Source: Lama guanicoe
Taxonomy: Eukaryota
Length of the DNA stretch: 64,000 nucleotides
Direction: 5' to 3'
Assembly: GCA_013239625.1 (NCBI GenBank)
Contig: MU054925.1
Span: 34,451,538 to 34,515,537, forward strand
Below the pieces are notes generated by a model. The model had not been told where the DNA came from. It did no database searches and saw only the letters and a program-made list of their open reading frames with translations. How positions within the stretch are numbered: the first letter of the stretch is position 1; every line of letters starts with the position of its first letter. Of this stretch, positions 1-38,270 are shown piece after piece. The translations under genes were made by a program, and so were the position numbers.

Positions 1-198
1 AGACTGGTCTGTGTTCTTTAAGGTTTCCTCTGAACACCTGGGCGTCCCCTCGAGTCCTCATTGAGTGAACTTGTGTCTGTCACGTGCTAACCCTTGTGGA
101 TGTGCACCTGCGAGCATCTGCATGTCCTAACGCCCCAGTTCAGCTCACGAAGGTTGGATCCTTTTCAGTGTCTTTACGTATTTAATCTTCTTCCATAG

Positions 199-25419
<25,221 letters not shown>

Positions 25420-25540
25420 GCCGCCGCCCTCGGTCTCCTTGTCCTGCTCCCGCTCCCGCTGGCGGCTGGGCGGCCTGGTGGCCGGGCGCCCGGGGTGAGC
25501 GTGGGCAGGGAGACGGGCGGTGGGTCCCCCACAGAGCCTG

Positions 25541-25627
25541 GCTGACCGGAGGGCAGCCACGCTGCCTCCTTGACGTCTCAGCTCGAAGCCCCTGCGGTGA
25601 GCCGAGGCCGACCTCTCCTCCGTCAGC
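25541..25627 (+). promoter_or_regulatory. SECIS element (type II, non-canonical UUGAC/CGAC core) in the TXNRD3 3'UTR
   Basis: TGAC 25571-25574 and CGAC 25609-25612 form the quartet. Helix II is GTCTCAGCTC 25575-25584 : GAGCCGAGGC 25599-25608 (one A.C mismatch, one G.U). Unpaired AA at 25586-25587; mini-helix GCC:GGT; helix I GCTGAC(C)GGAGG : CCTCCGTCAGC. About 160 nt downstream of the Sec codon. Confidence 0.88.
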
Positions 25628-25995
25628 TTCCCTCTTCTCCGTCAGGGAGACCTGGTCCCCGCGGGACGCTTCCCGACCGACGTTCCAGGTTCCTAGTGTT
25701 TGTCCTCTTGCTCTGTTGGTTCTGTGGGAAATTGTCTCAGTCAGAAGCAGGCAGTGAAGTGGGCATCTTCACCGTCGGGGCCTGGACGCCCCCCCAACAG
25801 TGGCTGCGGGGTGGTAGGTGCGCTGGGCACACTGGGCTGCCGTGTGGGCGCTGACTCCTCCCGGCTTGCGTCTACCCCTCAGACCCCTCCTCCCACTCAC
25901 CTGGTTGCCGTGGTGACACAGCCCTGGACTGAGCAGGATATCCCACATCAGAGACAGATGCTTGAATTTCTGCTCATGTTGATCTCAAGAGGAAT

Positions 25996-26001
25996 ATTAA
26001 A
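25996..26001 (+). terminator. Candidate polyadenylation signal (ATTAAA) of TXNRD3
   Basis: First common PAS hexamer I saw after the SECIS, at the GC-rich to AT-rich transition, followed by CA and T/GT-rich sequence. Confidence 0.55.
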
Positions 26002-26919
26002 CAGTTTTCAATACAGTATTATGTGAAATCTAAATTCGGACTATTTAAAATGATTCAGTTCACAATTGATATACTTATAATCAGGTTCAGTAAATGACCA
26101 GGTGATGTTGGGAATTCCGTTTAAATTCGCATACCTGTTAGCATCTGCAAGGCCTTTGAGGTGGGAGGCCTGCCTGGGGTCCCTTTGGGAAGCCCATTTC
26201 CATGAGGAGCAGACCTCACAGCATCGAGTTGAGGCTTCTGGACGGTAATGCTCCCCTGAGCCCACGCCGCCCACTAGCCCCCCGCTCTGTGGTCAGAATT
26301 TCTTGGCATACATTTTAAACGAGCATGGAGGCCAGTAAACAGCTAGGGAGCGCCCTCTGTGGGCGAGGTGTTTCGCTGCCCTTGTGGGGACAGGCAGAGG
26401 AACCAGCGGAGTGGGGTCAGACACCCAAAATAACGGATGCAGAATCTGGTTCCTGGGTCGCCTTTTGTTGGGGAGGGAAGAGCTCAGGGTGCAGTCGCTG
26501 TGGAACTGAGGACGTGGTGACTCCCAGGATGTGGGCGGCGGGGAGGTAATTGAGCAGAGTTAACTGAAGCGGCTGTATTTGGGCTAAATCATGAGGGATG
26601 AATAGGATTTTAAAGATTAGAAGCAACGTGGAGACGGCTCTGGACTATGCTTTCAACACTTCAACAGAAATACTAGATAAAATCATTTTTTTACAGAAAG
26701 TTTTGTTACTGTATCGCTGAGCAACACACACAGCACAAGCACACACACACACACACAGAACCCAGATGATGTGAACCAGGGACCCTGGCTGTCCTGATGC
26801 TGCTTTGCACCAAGCGTGGGGTGGGAAAGCTGAACACAACAGCCGAGCCAGGCGAAGGCGATGGAGGCCTGTTGACCCGTCCAGCCCTGCGGACCCCACT
26901 GTGGTGGGCAGTCCCGCCC

Positions 26920-27335
26920 CACTGGTGACAGAAGCACAGACAGAAGGGATGGCACGTCATCTCTAGGATTAGGTCGTACAAGGACTGCAGCTTAAGTTTT
27001 GGCCGCTCACGTGCACTCTCCCCAGGTCGCTGGCTCTGGGAGAGGGCAGCTGCAATGCCATGGGGAGGCCCAGATGGCGAGGAACTGAAATCTCTGCCCA
27101 ACAGCAGGAAGCTCGGGCTGCTGGCATCTGTGCGGACAGGCCGGGAAGAGAAGCTTCTCCAGGAGCCTCCCTGCCCCCCCGACCCCTGGCCAGCAGCCTG
27201 CCTGCACGCCCTTAGAGACTTTGGGCCACAACAGTCCACTTGGGCCACTCTGAGTCCTGACCCTCAGAAACTATGAGATACTTACTTTTCAAGCCACTAA
27301 GTTTGGGGGTGATTTTTCCACTGATAGATAATATG
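26920..27335 (+). mobile_element. Old MLT1-family LTR
   Basis: ggcgaggaactgaa...ccaacagc and tcctgaccctcagaaactatgagata...ttcaagccactaagtttgggggtgattt end motif. Confidence 0.6.
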
Positions 27336-28769
27336 TTCACCAAGGAAAATTAAAACTAGTACAGATTCGATCAGATAACTGAAAGGTCCAAGGGACTCTT
27401 CCCTAGGGCTGAGAAAATAAACCCCTGCCGAGCTGGGATTTCAGCCAGAAGGCACTGGAGCTCAGGCTAGGCCTGAACTGCCTCATCCTCGTAGATACGG
27501 GGAGACCCAGGGGTCTCAGTAGGGGTCCTCTGGGTCAGTGTCTCGAGCTGTGGCCGTCCTGGGTCCCCGCTATGCCCCCTTGGAGTGTCTGCGGTGGTCA
27601 CAGCTCACGAGGGTCACTCAGAAACCCCTGTCTCGCTGAGCTGAGCTTGTTAAACGCTGCAAGGCAGGGCCTGGACCAGGCCTCAGCACCAGCTCAGGGG
27701 GAGTCAGGTGCTGTGGGGCTTGGACTGGGATCTGTCAGGGCGGCTAGGTGGCAGAGGTGAGTGAGTCTGGGCAGCTGTTGGTCGGAATGTGTCAGGCTGG
27801 TGGCTGGGGAGCGTCGGGGTCCCCAGAATCTGGGATGTCGGAGGCCACGCTGGGCTCCTGTACTGGGATTGTCTCTCGGAATGTGGAAGTCTGATTGTGC
27901 TCATGGTAGAACGGTTCCGGGTTCAATCATTTGTGCCGTGACTGCTTAGAGCATTTTGTATGTTTGTATGTCCAGCTCTTCAAGGGGTGTCTGTTTTACT
28001 TCCCGGTGGAGAACTGCCCGTGTTCGAGGCCAGGAGCGCAGGGGGCCTGCTCGGAATTCGCTGCGCGAGATCATCAGGTGCCCATGTGGCCTGCGCTCCT
28101 GCCTGCTAGAGTAGCGGACCTGACGCAGCGTCCGTCCGTAAACAAACTGGGGAAGCGGGAAACGACTGCCCTCGGACTGTGCGGCGCTTGGCCCCCAGGG
28201 GAAGGAGGATGTGAGGTGACCCCTGCAGTCGCCCCAACTTTCTGCATCAAAGTGGTTTTCAAACAGCAAGCATGAGGGAGGAACAAACAGCCTGGCATCT
28301 AGCTGAATTGAGGTGCAGATTGGATGTTGGGGAGACACAGGTGGAGGGGGCTTTGCAGGAAAAGGCCCCTGAAACCTGCAGCAGACCCCCTCGAGTTGGC
28401 TGCAGACTCCACCACACATCCTCAGAGTAAAATCCTAGAATGTCAGGCAACAATGACAAGGAGTTACCAGCTGAACACTTGGTCTCAGAAGGTGAGGAGA
28501 AATCCTGACTCTGACCACAGGGGGACCCTCAGTAAAGCCCCCGGACCTGAGTGGAAGCCCTGTAAGGAGTCATGCTCTCGTGATAGGGTTGGACCAGCCC
28601 TGGAGGCAAGTCTGCTTTGGACTCACACTAATAACAGAGTCTGAAATAGGCCTTAACGGGGCCAAGGTGACCCAGAAGTCCCAGCTGCGAAAGACACCAG
28701 AACCGTGCTGGTCAGCCTGGTAGCCGAGGTGGGGGCAGTGCAGTGGAGCAAGCAGTGAAAAGCAGACAG

Positions 28770-29340
28770 CGGAAGGGAAGATGTGACCTGTCTTTATTTG
28801 CAAATAACGTGATTGTGTACCCAGAAAATCCTAAGAAATCAACCAAAACACAAAACGAAGAAAAGACAATAACTACTAGAACTTCTAAGTGAACTTAGGA
28901 AGTCGAAGAATACAAAATCAACATACAAATATCCACTGAAAGATGAATAGATAAATTGCAGTGTATTCATAAAATACCGTTCAACAGTGAAAATGAATGA
29001 ACTGCTGACATCCAATGGCATGGATAAATCTCAAGACCATTTGGCTGCACAAAAGCTGGGCGAAAAACACACACTATTGTGTATAAAATTCTAGAAAAGA
29101 GCAACGTGGTTGACAGTGACAGAAAGCAGCTCAGGGGTTTCCTGGGGCTGAGGGCTGGTCGTGGGGAAGGTACACAGGACTTCCTGGAGGAACAGAAAGT
29201 TCCAGATCTTGTTTGTGGTGTGCCTAGATGGTTGCACGATTCGTTAGTTCATCAATGAGCCGCAAGTCAAGATGAATGCTTGAATGGGTGTGTTTTATTA
29301 TAGGTAAATTATACTTCAGAATCAACTTTTTTCAATAAAT
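28770..29340 (+). mobile_element. L1 ORF2 and 3'-end fragments
   Basis: tctttatttgcaaataacgtgattgtgtacccagaaaatcctaagaaatcaac; atggataaatctcaa; taaattatacttc. Confidence 0.6.
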
Positions 29341-30989
29341 GGAACATCTACTAAAGGGTAGGTGCTGACTGGGTGAGATGATGTGTGTCGAAAGAGGAAC
29401 TGAGGGGTCTCGAATGTTCCCAGCTAATGTGGCTGAGAAGAGGGGACTGAGGGAGGTGGAATGCAGGTAGAGGGGTGAGTCTAGTCGTGCATGTGTGTGT
29501 GCACATGCATATCTTGGGTTGGCATCTGTGATAATGGTCTCAGAATTTGCGCATAGGTAGACTGGTAATTTTATAAAGGCCGTTAATTAACGGACAGTGT
29601 GTGCCCTCAGCACTGACAGACCGCCCTGGGGTTCAGCTCCTCGCCGCAGGGTGGTGGGCTGCCAGGAACCGCGGCTGGGAAGAGAGGTGTAGGGTAGCGC
29701 CCCGCTCCACTGGCAGCTCCGTTTCTGCCCTTTGCACCACCACTTTGTACTCCTGTGGGTTGAACCAGGTCACCCAGATTTCTTTCCTTCCACTTCCCCC
29801 TAAATGCAAAGAAGAGACATGATTGTCACAGTTTGAGGAACAGTAAGCTTGGTTTCACTTCTTCATTGTGGCTTTTCCCGGAGGAAGCGTCCACCTCAGG
29901 GGGATGCGGGATGGGAGCTGGTACTGTTTGCGGGGTGTTGTAAGCCCTGGGTGAAATCACTGCAGGATGTTGCCAATGCTGTGTGGTCCGGGTGGGCCTT
30001 GTAAGTAGGAGCCCTCAGCGTACCCACTCATAGCAGACATGCTGTGACTGTTACTCCAGATCGCCTTCCGGAAACACGGTTTCCTCCCATATTTCCTCTG
30101 TGTGGTGTTAGTGACCACAGGCACCGTATCACAGATGCCAGCTCGAGATGTGCACATACGTGGTCCCTGCCCTGGAGTGCGTACAGCTGAGTGGGCATGC
30201 CAGGTGCAGATAAACAGTCGACTACAAAATTGGCCATCGACATGGAAGGGAAAAAATGTTGAATTCTGCATAAGCCAGAGTTACAGATTCATATGCTGAT
30301 GTAACGGAGCCATCTCAGTCACACTCAGATAGCAGACGAGGAAACCATGTCCACGGGGAGGGTGATGTGGGGAGCCAGTTTCACACCTGAGCCTCTTGAC
30401 TTCAAGTGTCTTCTTTCTCTGCCGCGTCAAAGCAGCAAGAGAGGATGCTAATGCATCCGTGCATTAGGGCTCTGTGATCAGGATGTTTTAGCCTCTTTCG
30501 GAGGAAGGGGCATAATTTGTCTGCTGTCTTCCACCTCATTAAAACTGCCACAAAAAGTGGATACAAGTTTGAGAGATGTATACCCTTACAGGCAGAAAAT
30601 TTCTCTACTGATGGAAATTGTAGCATCTCAGAGGGATCAGAGACCGTTCTGTGGGTTTCCGAGCAGTTCAAGTGAAGCCTTCAGCCACCGTGAGAACCCA
30701 GGACCGGCTTTTGTCCCACTGGGACGAACGTTGGGTGGGACACGGCTCGTCAGGAACTCGGGCTTTGCCTCATCTGCTCCTCAGCCACCTCGTGTCCCTC
30801 CAGGAACTCCGTGGCCTCTGGCTGCTCTCCCGCTGCTGTCAGCCTGGCTCTCGGGGCCGCCTGTCCAGTCTCCCCCTGGGGAAGGCCACACGTCCCCACG
30901 CGAGGCTTGGACCCATGTTTACATATTTTGATTTCTAGAAAGTTAGAACATTTTCCATTTGTGTTGTAGGCGACAAAACCAACTCAGTT

Positions 30990-31800
30990 TGATCTGTCTT
31001 GAGCACTTTTTTTTTCAGCATTTCAGGTCTGCTAGAGACTAATTTCCTCGACTTTTATCTGCCTGAAAATGTCTTTATTTCAGTTTCGTTTCTGAAGGGT
31101 GTTTTGGGCAGAGAAGTCTGCTTTGACATCCTTCCCCTCAGCACTTCAAGGAGCTCCTCCCGTCATCTCGCTTTTGTCTTTACTGGTGGGACGTCAGCCG
31201 TCACCCTTACTGTTTTCCCTGTGGATAATGTAGCCTTTTGCCCTCTTTGACCACCTGTAAGATTTTTTATTGAATTTTCAGCTGTTTGGCTCTGATGTGC
31301 CTGTGTATGCTTTTGTTTATGTTTATCCTGTTTGGGCTCTACTGAACTTCAGATATGTGGGTTGGTATCTTACACCAGTTTTGGAAAATTCTCAGCCGTA
31401 ATTTCCTCTAACGTTTCTTCTACCCATTCTCTTTCCTCCTCTTCTGGAATTCCAGTTACGAGTGCATTTAGACTTTTTATTGTCCTAGTATCGCAGACTC
31501 TGAGTTACTTTTCTCCCTGTAATTCAGTTTGGATGCTGTCTCGTCTTCTGGTCACTGATTCTTTCTCTGCTGTGTCCAATCTACTGATAAACCTATGAAT
31601 AGATCCTTAGTTTATGGAGTTGGACTTTTCCCATTTCCTGGGTTCTTGTTCATGTTTTCACCTCTCTCCTCAAATTCCCCATCTGTTCTCACATAGAATC
31701 CACCTTTTCTTTAGACCATTTAACACATTTACATAGTTTTAAGGCCTCTATTTCTAACACCTGAGCCATCTCTGTGTCTGCCTTTATTGAATTTTATGTC
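30990..31800 (-). mobile_element. Antisense old L1 fragment
   Basis: tttggaaaattctcagccgtaatttcctctaa, ttctggaattccagttacg, tctctgctgtgtccaatctactg. Confidence 0.6.
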
Positions 31801-32699
31801 TTGTTTCTCATAGAGACTGGATTTGGTAGCAGAATCTCAGTCCTTTATTTGGTGGCCATGTGTCCATGGCTGTTCAACTCCTTTTCCGGTCCTGCCCTGC
31901 CCTTCTGAGGAAGGCAGGCGGTAAGAGGCACTGGCAAGCGTGAGTGCTGGGCCTGGAGCCATACTTCCAGGTGTTACGCTGCGGTGGACAGAGGTAACCT
32001 GATGACCTCTGTTGGCTTACCTGGTGGAGGGGCACACAACCTGCATTTCCTCATCATGGCCAAGCAAGAATGGATCCCACTTGTCAAAATGTTTTAAGGT
32101 GAAACCCTGAGAAAGTTCCTGTTCAAATCAACAGTAACAGTGGAGCTGGTATCTACTGGGCTCTGTGCCAGACACTGCATGTTCATCTTCGACTTCCCCA
32201 CAAGTCTGCTAGGTGGGCACCATGTTTATTGTCCCCGGGAGACATGCGAGGCAGACGCAGATTCCAAAAACTTGCTCAGGGCTTAGAGGTATAAGTGATG
32301 AAAAAGATTTGAAGCTGGGTGGTCTGTCTTCTAATCCCCGCGCTTCCAACCTTTGACCAAGGACTCTCCCCGCTTAGCTCTGGCCCCTGGTTTGAGGGAG
32401 GGCAGACGCCACTGCTGCAGGGAGTGGGGAAGGATGACAAGGAGGAGGGTTCCAGGTGGTTCCCAGAGGTGCAGTGGCAGGTCTGGCCTGAGAAGGGCCA
32501 GGGTGGAGGGGCAGAGCCCTCTGCAGGCACCTTCTGCCCAGTCAGTCCCTTCTCTTGTAAAGGCGACATGTATGGCTCCTGTTGGGATTATGGGAAAAGA
32601 GCTCAGAGAATCAGGGTGAAAATAGACTTAGTACCTAGGGCTGGGGGTCTTTCTGCCGCTCATCCTACAGAATTCTGCAGCCTCACGCCCTGAGGCTGT

Positions 32700-35530
32700 A
32701 AGAAGTAGGAGTACTGGTAATGGTAACTACAAAGGTGAATATTAAAGCCAGTATGATTGTGTTTATGTTCTGTATGAATTAAAAAGCAAGTGCATAAAAC
32801 AGTAATTATGGATCTGTGTTAATGGGTGCACAGTATGTGAAGATGTAATGTATGACAGTAACAGTATAAAGGGGGTGGACAAAGACACATGGGAGCAGAG
32901 TGCTTGTGTACAATTTGAACCGAGTTGCTGTTGTTCACATTAGGTTGTTATAAGTGTATCTCCAAGATAACTGCTAAATGAGTAACTAAAAATATACAGA
33001 AAAGGACAAAGGGGAATCAGAATTGTGTACTACAAAAAAACAACTAAATACAAAAACAAGGCAGTAGTGGAGAAATTGAGGAACAGAGAATATCTAAGAC
33101 ATGAAAAAAGCAAAGACTAAACGGAAGAAGTCCCTCCTGCCAGCAATTACTTTCAGTGCTAATGGATCAAACTCTCCAATTAGTAGGCAGAGATTAGCAG
33201 AATGTATTTTTAAAAAAGGTGGGGGGTTCCTTTTCTGTGCTGTCTTCAGGAGACTCGCTTTGAGCACCAGTCACATAGAGGCTAAAAGTAAAAGGATGGA
33301 AGAAGGTGCTCCATGGAAGTAATAACCAAAGGAGAGCTGAGTGGCTAGATTGTCAGGCAAAATAGCTCTAAGTTAAAAACGTAACAAGAACATTAAATAT
33401 TGATGAAAAGGTTAGTCCACGAAGATATAAAAAATTCTGTACGCAGTTTACAGAGCCCCCAAATGTATCAAACAAAAACTGACAAATTCTTGACAAAACT
33501 GAAGGGAGAAATAGACAGTTCTACAGTATAATAGTTGATGACTTTAATACTCTGATTTCAATAATAAATAGAACCTGACAGAAGATTCGTAAGGAAGTGG
33601 AGCTCTTGAAAAACACTACAAACAATTAGCTCTAATAGACATACACAAAACTCACCCAGCAATAGCAGGATATATGTTCTTCTCAAGTGTACGTGGAATG
33701 TTCTCCAGGATTTATTAGACCGCAAAGCAAGTCTTAATAAATTTCAAAGATTCAAGTCATACGAAGTATATTTTCTAATCATAGTGGAACAAAACTAGAA
33801 GTCAATTACAGAAGAAAACCTGGAAAATTTACAAATATGTGGCAATTGAACAACACATTCTTAAATGACCAATGGATCAAAGGAATCACAGGGATTTAGA
33901 AAATGCCTTCAGATGAATGAAAATAAAAACCGCAACTTACCAAACAGATGTAGAGAAAGCAGTGCTAACAGGGAAATTCATGCCTCTAAATGTCTGTGTT
34001 CAAAAAGAAAAAACATCTCAAATTAATAATCTAACCATACAACTTAAGGAACTAGAAAATGCAGAGCAAACTAAAGCCAAAGCTAGTAGAAAAAGGAAAC
34101 AAGATTAAAACAAAGAGCAATAAAACAGAATAGAAAAACAGTAGAGAAAAATCAACAAAACCAAGTTGATTTTTGAAAAAAACACTGTCACATCTTTAGC
34201 TAGATTGACTTAGAAAAAAGTGAAGATTCAAATTATTAAAATTAGAAGAAAGTGGAGACATTACTACTGATTATACAGAAATTAAAAAAGGATTATAAGA
34301 GAATACCGTGGACAATTGTATGCCAACAACAGGATAACCTGGATGAAACGGACAAATTCCCAGAAACGCACATCCGACCGAGGCTGAATCATGAAGAAAC
34401 AGAAAAATCTGAGTAGACTCACAAACAGTAAGTAGGTTAATTCAGTAATCAAAACCCTCCCAACAAAGGAAAGTCCTAGACCAGGTGGCTTCACTAGCGA
34501 GTTCTACCAGATACCTAAAGCTGTAACATCAAGTCTTTCTGAACATTTTAAACACTTCCTAACTCATTTTCTGAGGCCAGCATTGCCCTGAAACCAAAGC
34601 CAAAGATACTACAGGAAAACTTGTATTTCCCATATGAATACTGATGCAGAAATCGTCAACAAGATACTAGCAAACTGAATTCAGCAACATACTGAAAGGG
34701 TTATACATCGTGACCAAGTGAGATTTATGTCTGGAACGCAAGGATGGCTCAACGTGCAAAAACTGATCAATGTAATACAACCACATTACTAGAATGAAGG
34801 AAAAAAGTCATATGATCATCTTAACTGATGCTGAATTCAGCACACATTCCTGATAAAATTACTCAACAAGCTGGGACTAGAAGAACACTACCTCTACATA
34901 GTAAAAGCCATAGATGGAACTCCCATGGTTAACCTCTACCTCAAGGGCAGACACCTGAAAGCTTTTAGTCTCGGGTCAGGAACAAGGCAAAAGCGCCTGC
35001 TTTTGCTACTTCTGTTCAGCATAGTGCTGGAAGTTCTAGACGTAGCAGTTAAATAAGAAAAAGAAATAAAAGGCATCCAAATTTGGAAAGACAGAAGTAG
35101 AATTATCACCATTCACAGGTGGTATGATCTTACATGTGGAAAACCCTAAAGACACTGCACACACAGATACAAAAACTATTAGAACTAAATGAGTTCAGCA
35201 AATAGCAGGATATGAAGTCAACACCAAAAATCAGTTGAATTTCTATATGGTAACAATGACCAATCCAAAAAGGACATTAAGAAAATAATTCCATTTACAA
35301 TAGCATGAAAAAGAGTAAAATTCCTAGGAATTAAATTAACCAATGANNNNNNNNNNNNNNNNNNNNNNNNNNNNNNNNNNNNNNNNNNNNNNNNNNNNNN
35401 NNNNNNNNNNNNNNNNNNNNNNNNNNNNNNNNNNNNNNNNNNNNNNNNNNNNNNNNNNNNNNNNNNNNNNNNNNNNNNNNCAGGACAATCCCTTTCAAAA
35501 TTTCAACAATGATTTTTGTAGAAATAGGAT
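32700..35530 (+). mobile_element. Long sense L1 remnant (end of ORF1 and ORF2 endonuclease/RT region), frameshifted
   Basis: ORF2-like remnants (EKAVLTGKFMPLNV...SQINNLTIQLKELE; aagtcctagaccaggtggcttcact; aagaaaaagaaataaaaggcatccaaat); N gap 35347-35480. Confidence 0.85.
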
Positions 35531-35544
35531 GAGCTGCAAAAAGG

Positions 35545-37520
35545 GCCTTTCCGATTCTTTTCCATTGTAGGTTATTACAAAATACTGAACACAGTTCCCT
35601 GTGCTGTACAGTAGGTCCTTGTTCATCTATTTTGTGTATACTAATGGTATGTATCTGCTAATCCTGTACTGCTAATTTATGCCTCCCAGCCTTCCCCCTG
35701 GTAACCATAAGTTTGTTTTCTATGTCCGTGAGTCTGTTTCTATTCTGTAAATAAGTACACTTGTATTATTTTGTTAGATTCCATGAATAACACGTTTATC
35801 TTTATCTCTGTCTGACTTACTTCACTTACCAAGAAAATATCTAGGTCCTCCCACATTGCTGCAAACGGTATTATTTAATTCCTTTTTGTAGCTGAGTAAT
35901 ATTTCATTGTGTACATATGCCACAGCTTCTTTATCTGGTCCTCTGTCGGCGGACATTTAGGTTGGCTCCACGTCTTGGCTGTTGTCAGTACTGCTGCTGT
36001 GCACACTGGGTGCATGTGTCTCTTCTGATTAGTTTTTATCTTTTCCAGATGTATGCCTGGGGTGGGACTGCTGAATCATACGGTAACTTTTTAGTTTTTT
36101 AAGGAACCTCTGTACTGTTTTTCTTAGTGGCTGCACCAGTTTACATTCCCACCAGCAGTGTAGGAGGGCTCCCTTTTCTCCACACCCTCTCCAGCATTTA
36201 TTGTTCTTGGACNNNNNNNNNNNNNNNNNNNNNNNNNNNNNNNNNNNNNNNNNNNNNNNNNNNNNNNNNNNNNNNNNNNNNNNNNNNNNNNNNNNNNNNN
36301 NNNNNNNNNNNNNNNNNNNNNNNNNNNNNNNNNNNNNNNNNNNNNNNNNNNNNNNNNNNNNNNNNNNNNNNNNNNNNNNNNNNNNNNNNNNNNNNNNNNN
36401 NNNNNNNNNATGAGCTGTCTGTAATTCTGAAAATTAAGCCCTTGTTGGTTGCATTGTTTGCAAAAGTTTTCTCCCATTCCATAGGTTTGTCTCTGTTTTG
36501 TTGGTGGCTTCTTTTGTTGTGCAAAGGCTTGTAAGTTTGATTAGGTCCCATTTATTTATTTTTGCTTTTATCTGCTTTGCCTTGGGAGACTGATCTAAGA
36601 AAATATTGCTGCGAGCTATGTCAGAGACTATTTTGCCTATGTTCTCTTCTAGGAGTTTTATGGTGTCTTGTCTTAGATTTAAGTCTTTAAGCTATTTTGA
36701 GTTTATTTTTGTGTATGGAGTGAGAGAGTGTTCTAACTTCACTGGTTTACATGCAGCTGTCCAGTTTTCCCAGCACCACTTGCTGAAGACTCTTTTCTCC
36801 ATCTTATGTTCTTGCCTCCTTTGTCGAAGATACACTGACTGTGGGTCTGACTTTATTTCTCTCTATTCTGTTCCATTGATCCGTGTGTCTGTTTTTGTAC
36901 CAATACCATGCTGATTTGATGACTGTAGCTCTGTAGTATTGTCTGAGATCTGGAAGGGTCATTCCTCTAGCTTTGTTCCTTTTCTTCAGTGTTGCTTTGG
37001 CAATTCTGGGTCTTTCGTGATTCCATGTAAGTTTTAGGATTATTTGTTCTAGTTCTGTGAAAAATGTGCGGAGTAATCTGATAGGGATCGCATTAATTCT
37101 GTAGATAACGTTGGGTGGTGTGGCCATTTTAACAATGTTAATTCTTCCAATCCAAGAGCATGGGATAGACTTCCATTTCTTTGAATCATCTTTACTCTAT
37201 CAATATTTTATAGCTCTCAGGGTATAAGTGTTTCACTGCCTTAGTCAGGTTTGTTCCTAGCTACTTTTTATGTGATTTTTCAAAATGGGATTGTTTTTTA
37301 AGTTTCTCTTTCTGATACTTCATTGTTGTGCAAAAAATGCAACAGATTTCTGTATGTGAATCTTGTGTCCTGCTGTTTGTCAGATCTAGGAGTTTTTGTG
37401 TGGAGTCTTCAGGGTTTTCTATACAGAGTATCCTGTCATCTGCATATAATGGTAATTTTACACTTTCCCTTCCAATTTGGATACTTTTTATTTCTTTTTC
37501 TTGTCTGATTGCTATAGGTA
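35545..37520 (-). mobile_element. Less-diverged antisense L1 (3' UTR plus ORF2 C-terminal half)
   Basis: Minus ORFs [14 protein letters not shown]...[34 protein letters not shown]; 3'UTR gttccctgtgctgtacagtaggtccttg; N gap 36213-36409. Confidence 0.88.
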
Positions 37521-37539
37521 GGGTTTAATAAAGTTGATT

Positions 37540-38270
37540 GTAAAAAAATAAGCCAACAACAAAAAAAACCTAGGACCAAATGGCTTCGCTGGTGTAATTC
37601 TACCAAACATTAAAGAAGCATTGGCACCAGTCCTCAAAATCTTCCAAAAAATTGAAGAAGGGCCACTTCCCAACTCATTCTGTGCGTTAGTTTTACCCTG
37701 GTGCCAGAGCCAGACAAAGGCACTGCAAGGAACTGCAGACCAGCACCCCGATGAATATAGACGCAAAATTCCTCAGCAGGTACTAGCTCGTTAAACTTCA
37801 CAGCATACTGGAAGGATTATATATCACGAGCAAGTGAGTTTAATCCCTGCGGTGCAAGGCTGCTTCATAATAAGAAAATCAATCAACACAGTGCACCACG
37901 TTAATAGAACGAAGGGCAGAAAACACATGATCATCTCAACTGGTGGAGGAAAAGCATTTGATGAAATCCAGGCTGACAAAGCCACAGATGAAAACCCACA
38001 GATCGCACCGCATTCAGTGCTGAGAGACCGGAACTTCCCTCTACGATTCGGAACGAGGTGAAGATGCCGCTCTGCCTGCCGCCCATTCAGCGCAGTGCTG
38101 CAAGATGGGAGAGAGCAGCTGGGCAAGAAAAAGAAAGAAAAGGTATTCACATTGGAGAGGAAGATGTAAAACTGCCTCCGGTCAAAGATGACTTGATCTC
38201 ACGTGTGCAGAGCGCTAGCAAGTCCGCAAAAACTGTTCGTGGTAATAAATGAACCCGTCAAATCTGCAGG
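37540..38270 (+). mobile_element. Sense L1 ORF2 RT fragment
   Basis: LIPAVQGCFIIRKSINTVHHVNRTKGRKHMIIS...KAFDEIQ; QEKERKGIHIGEEDVKL. Confidence 0.8.
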
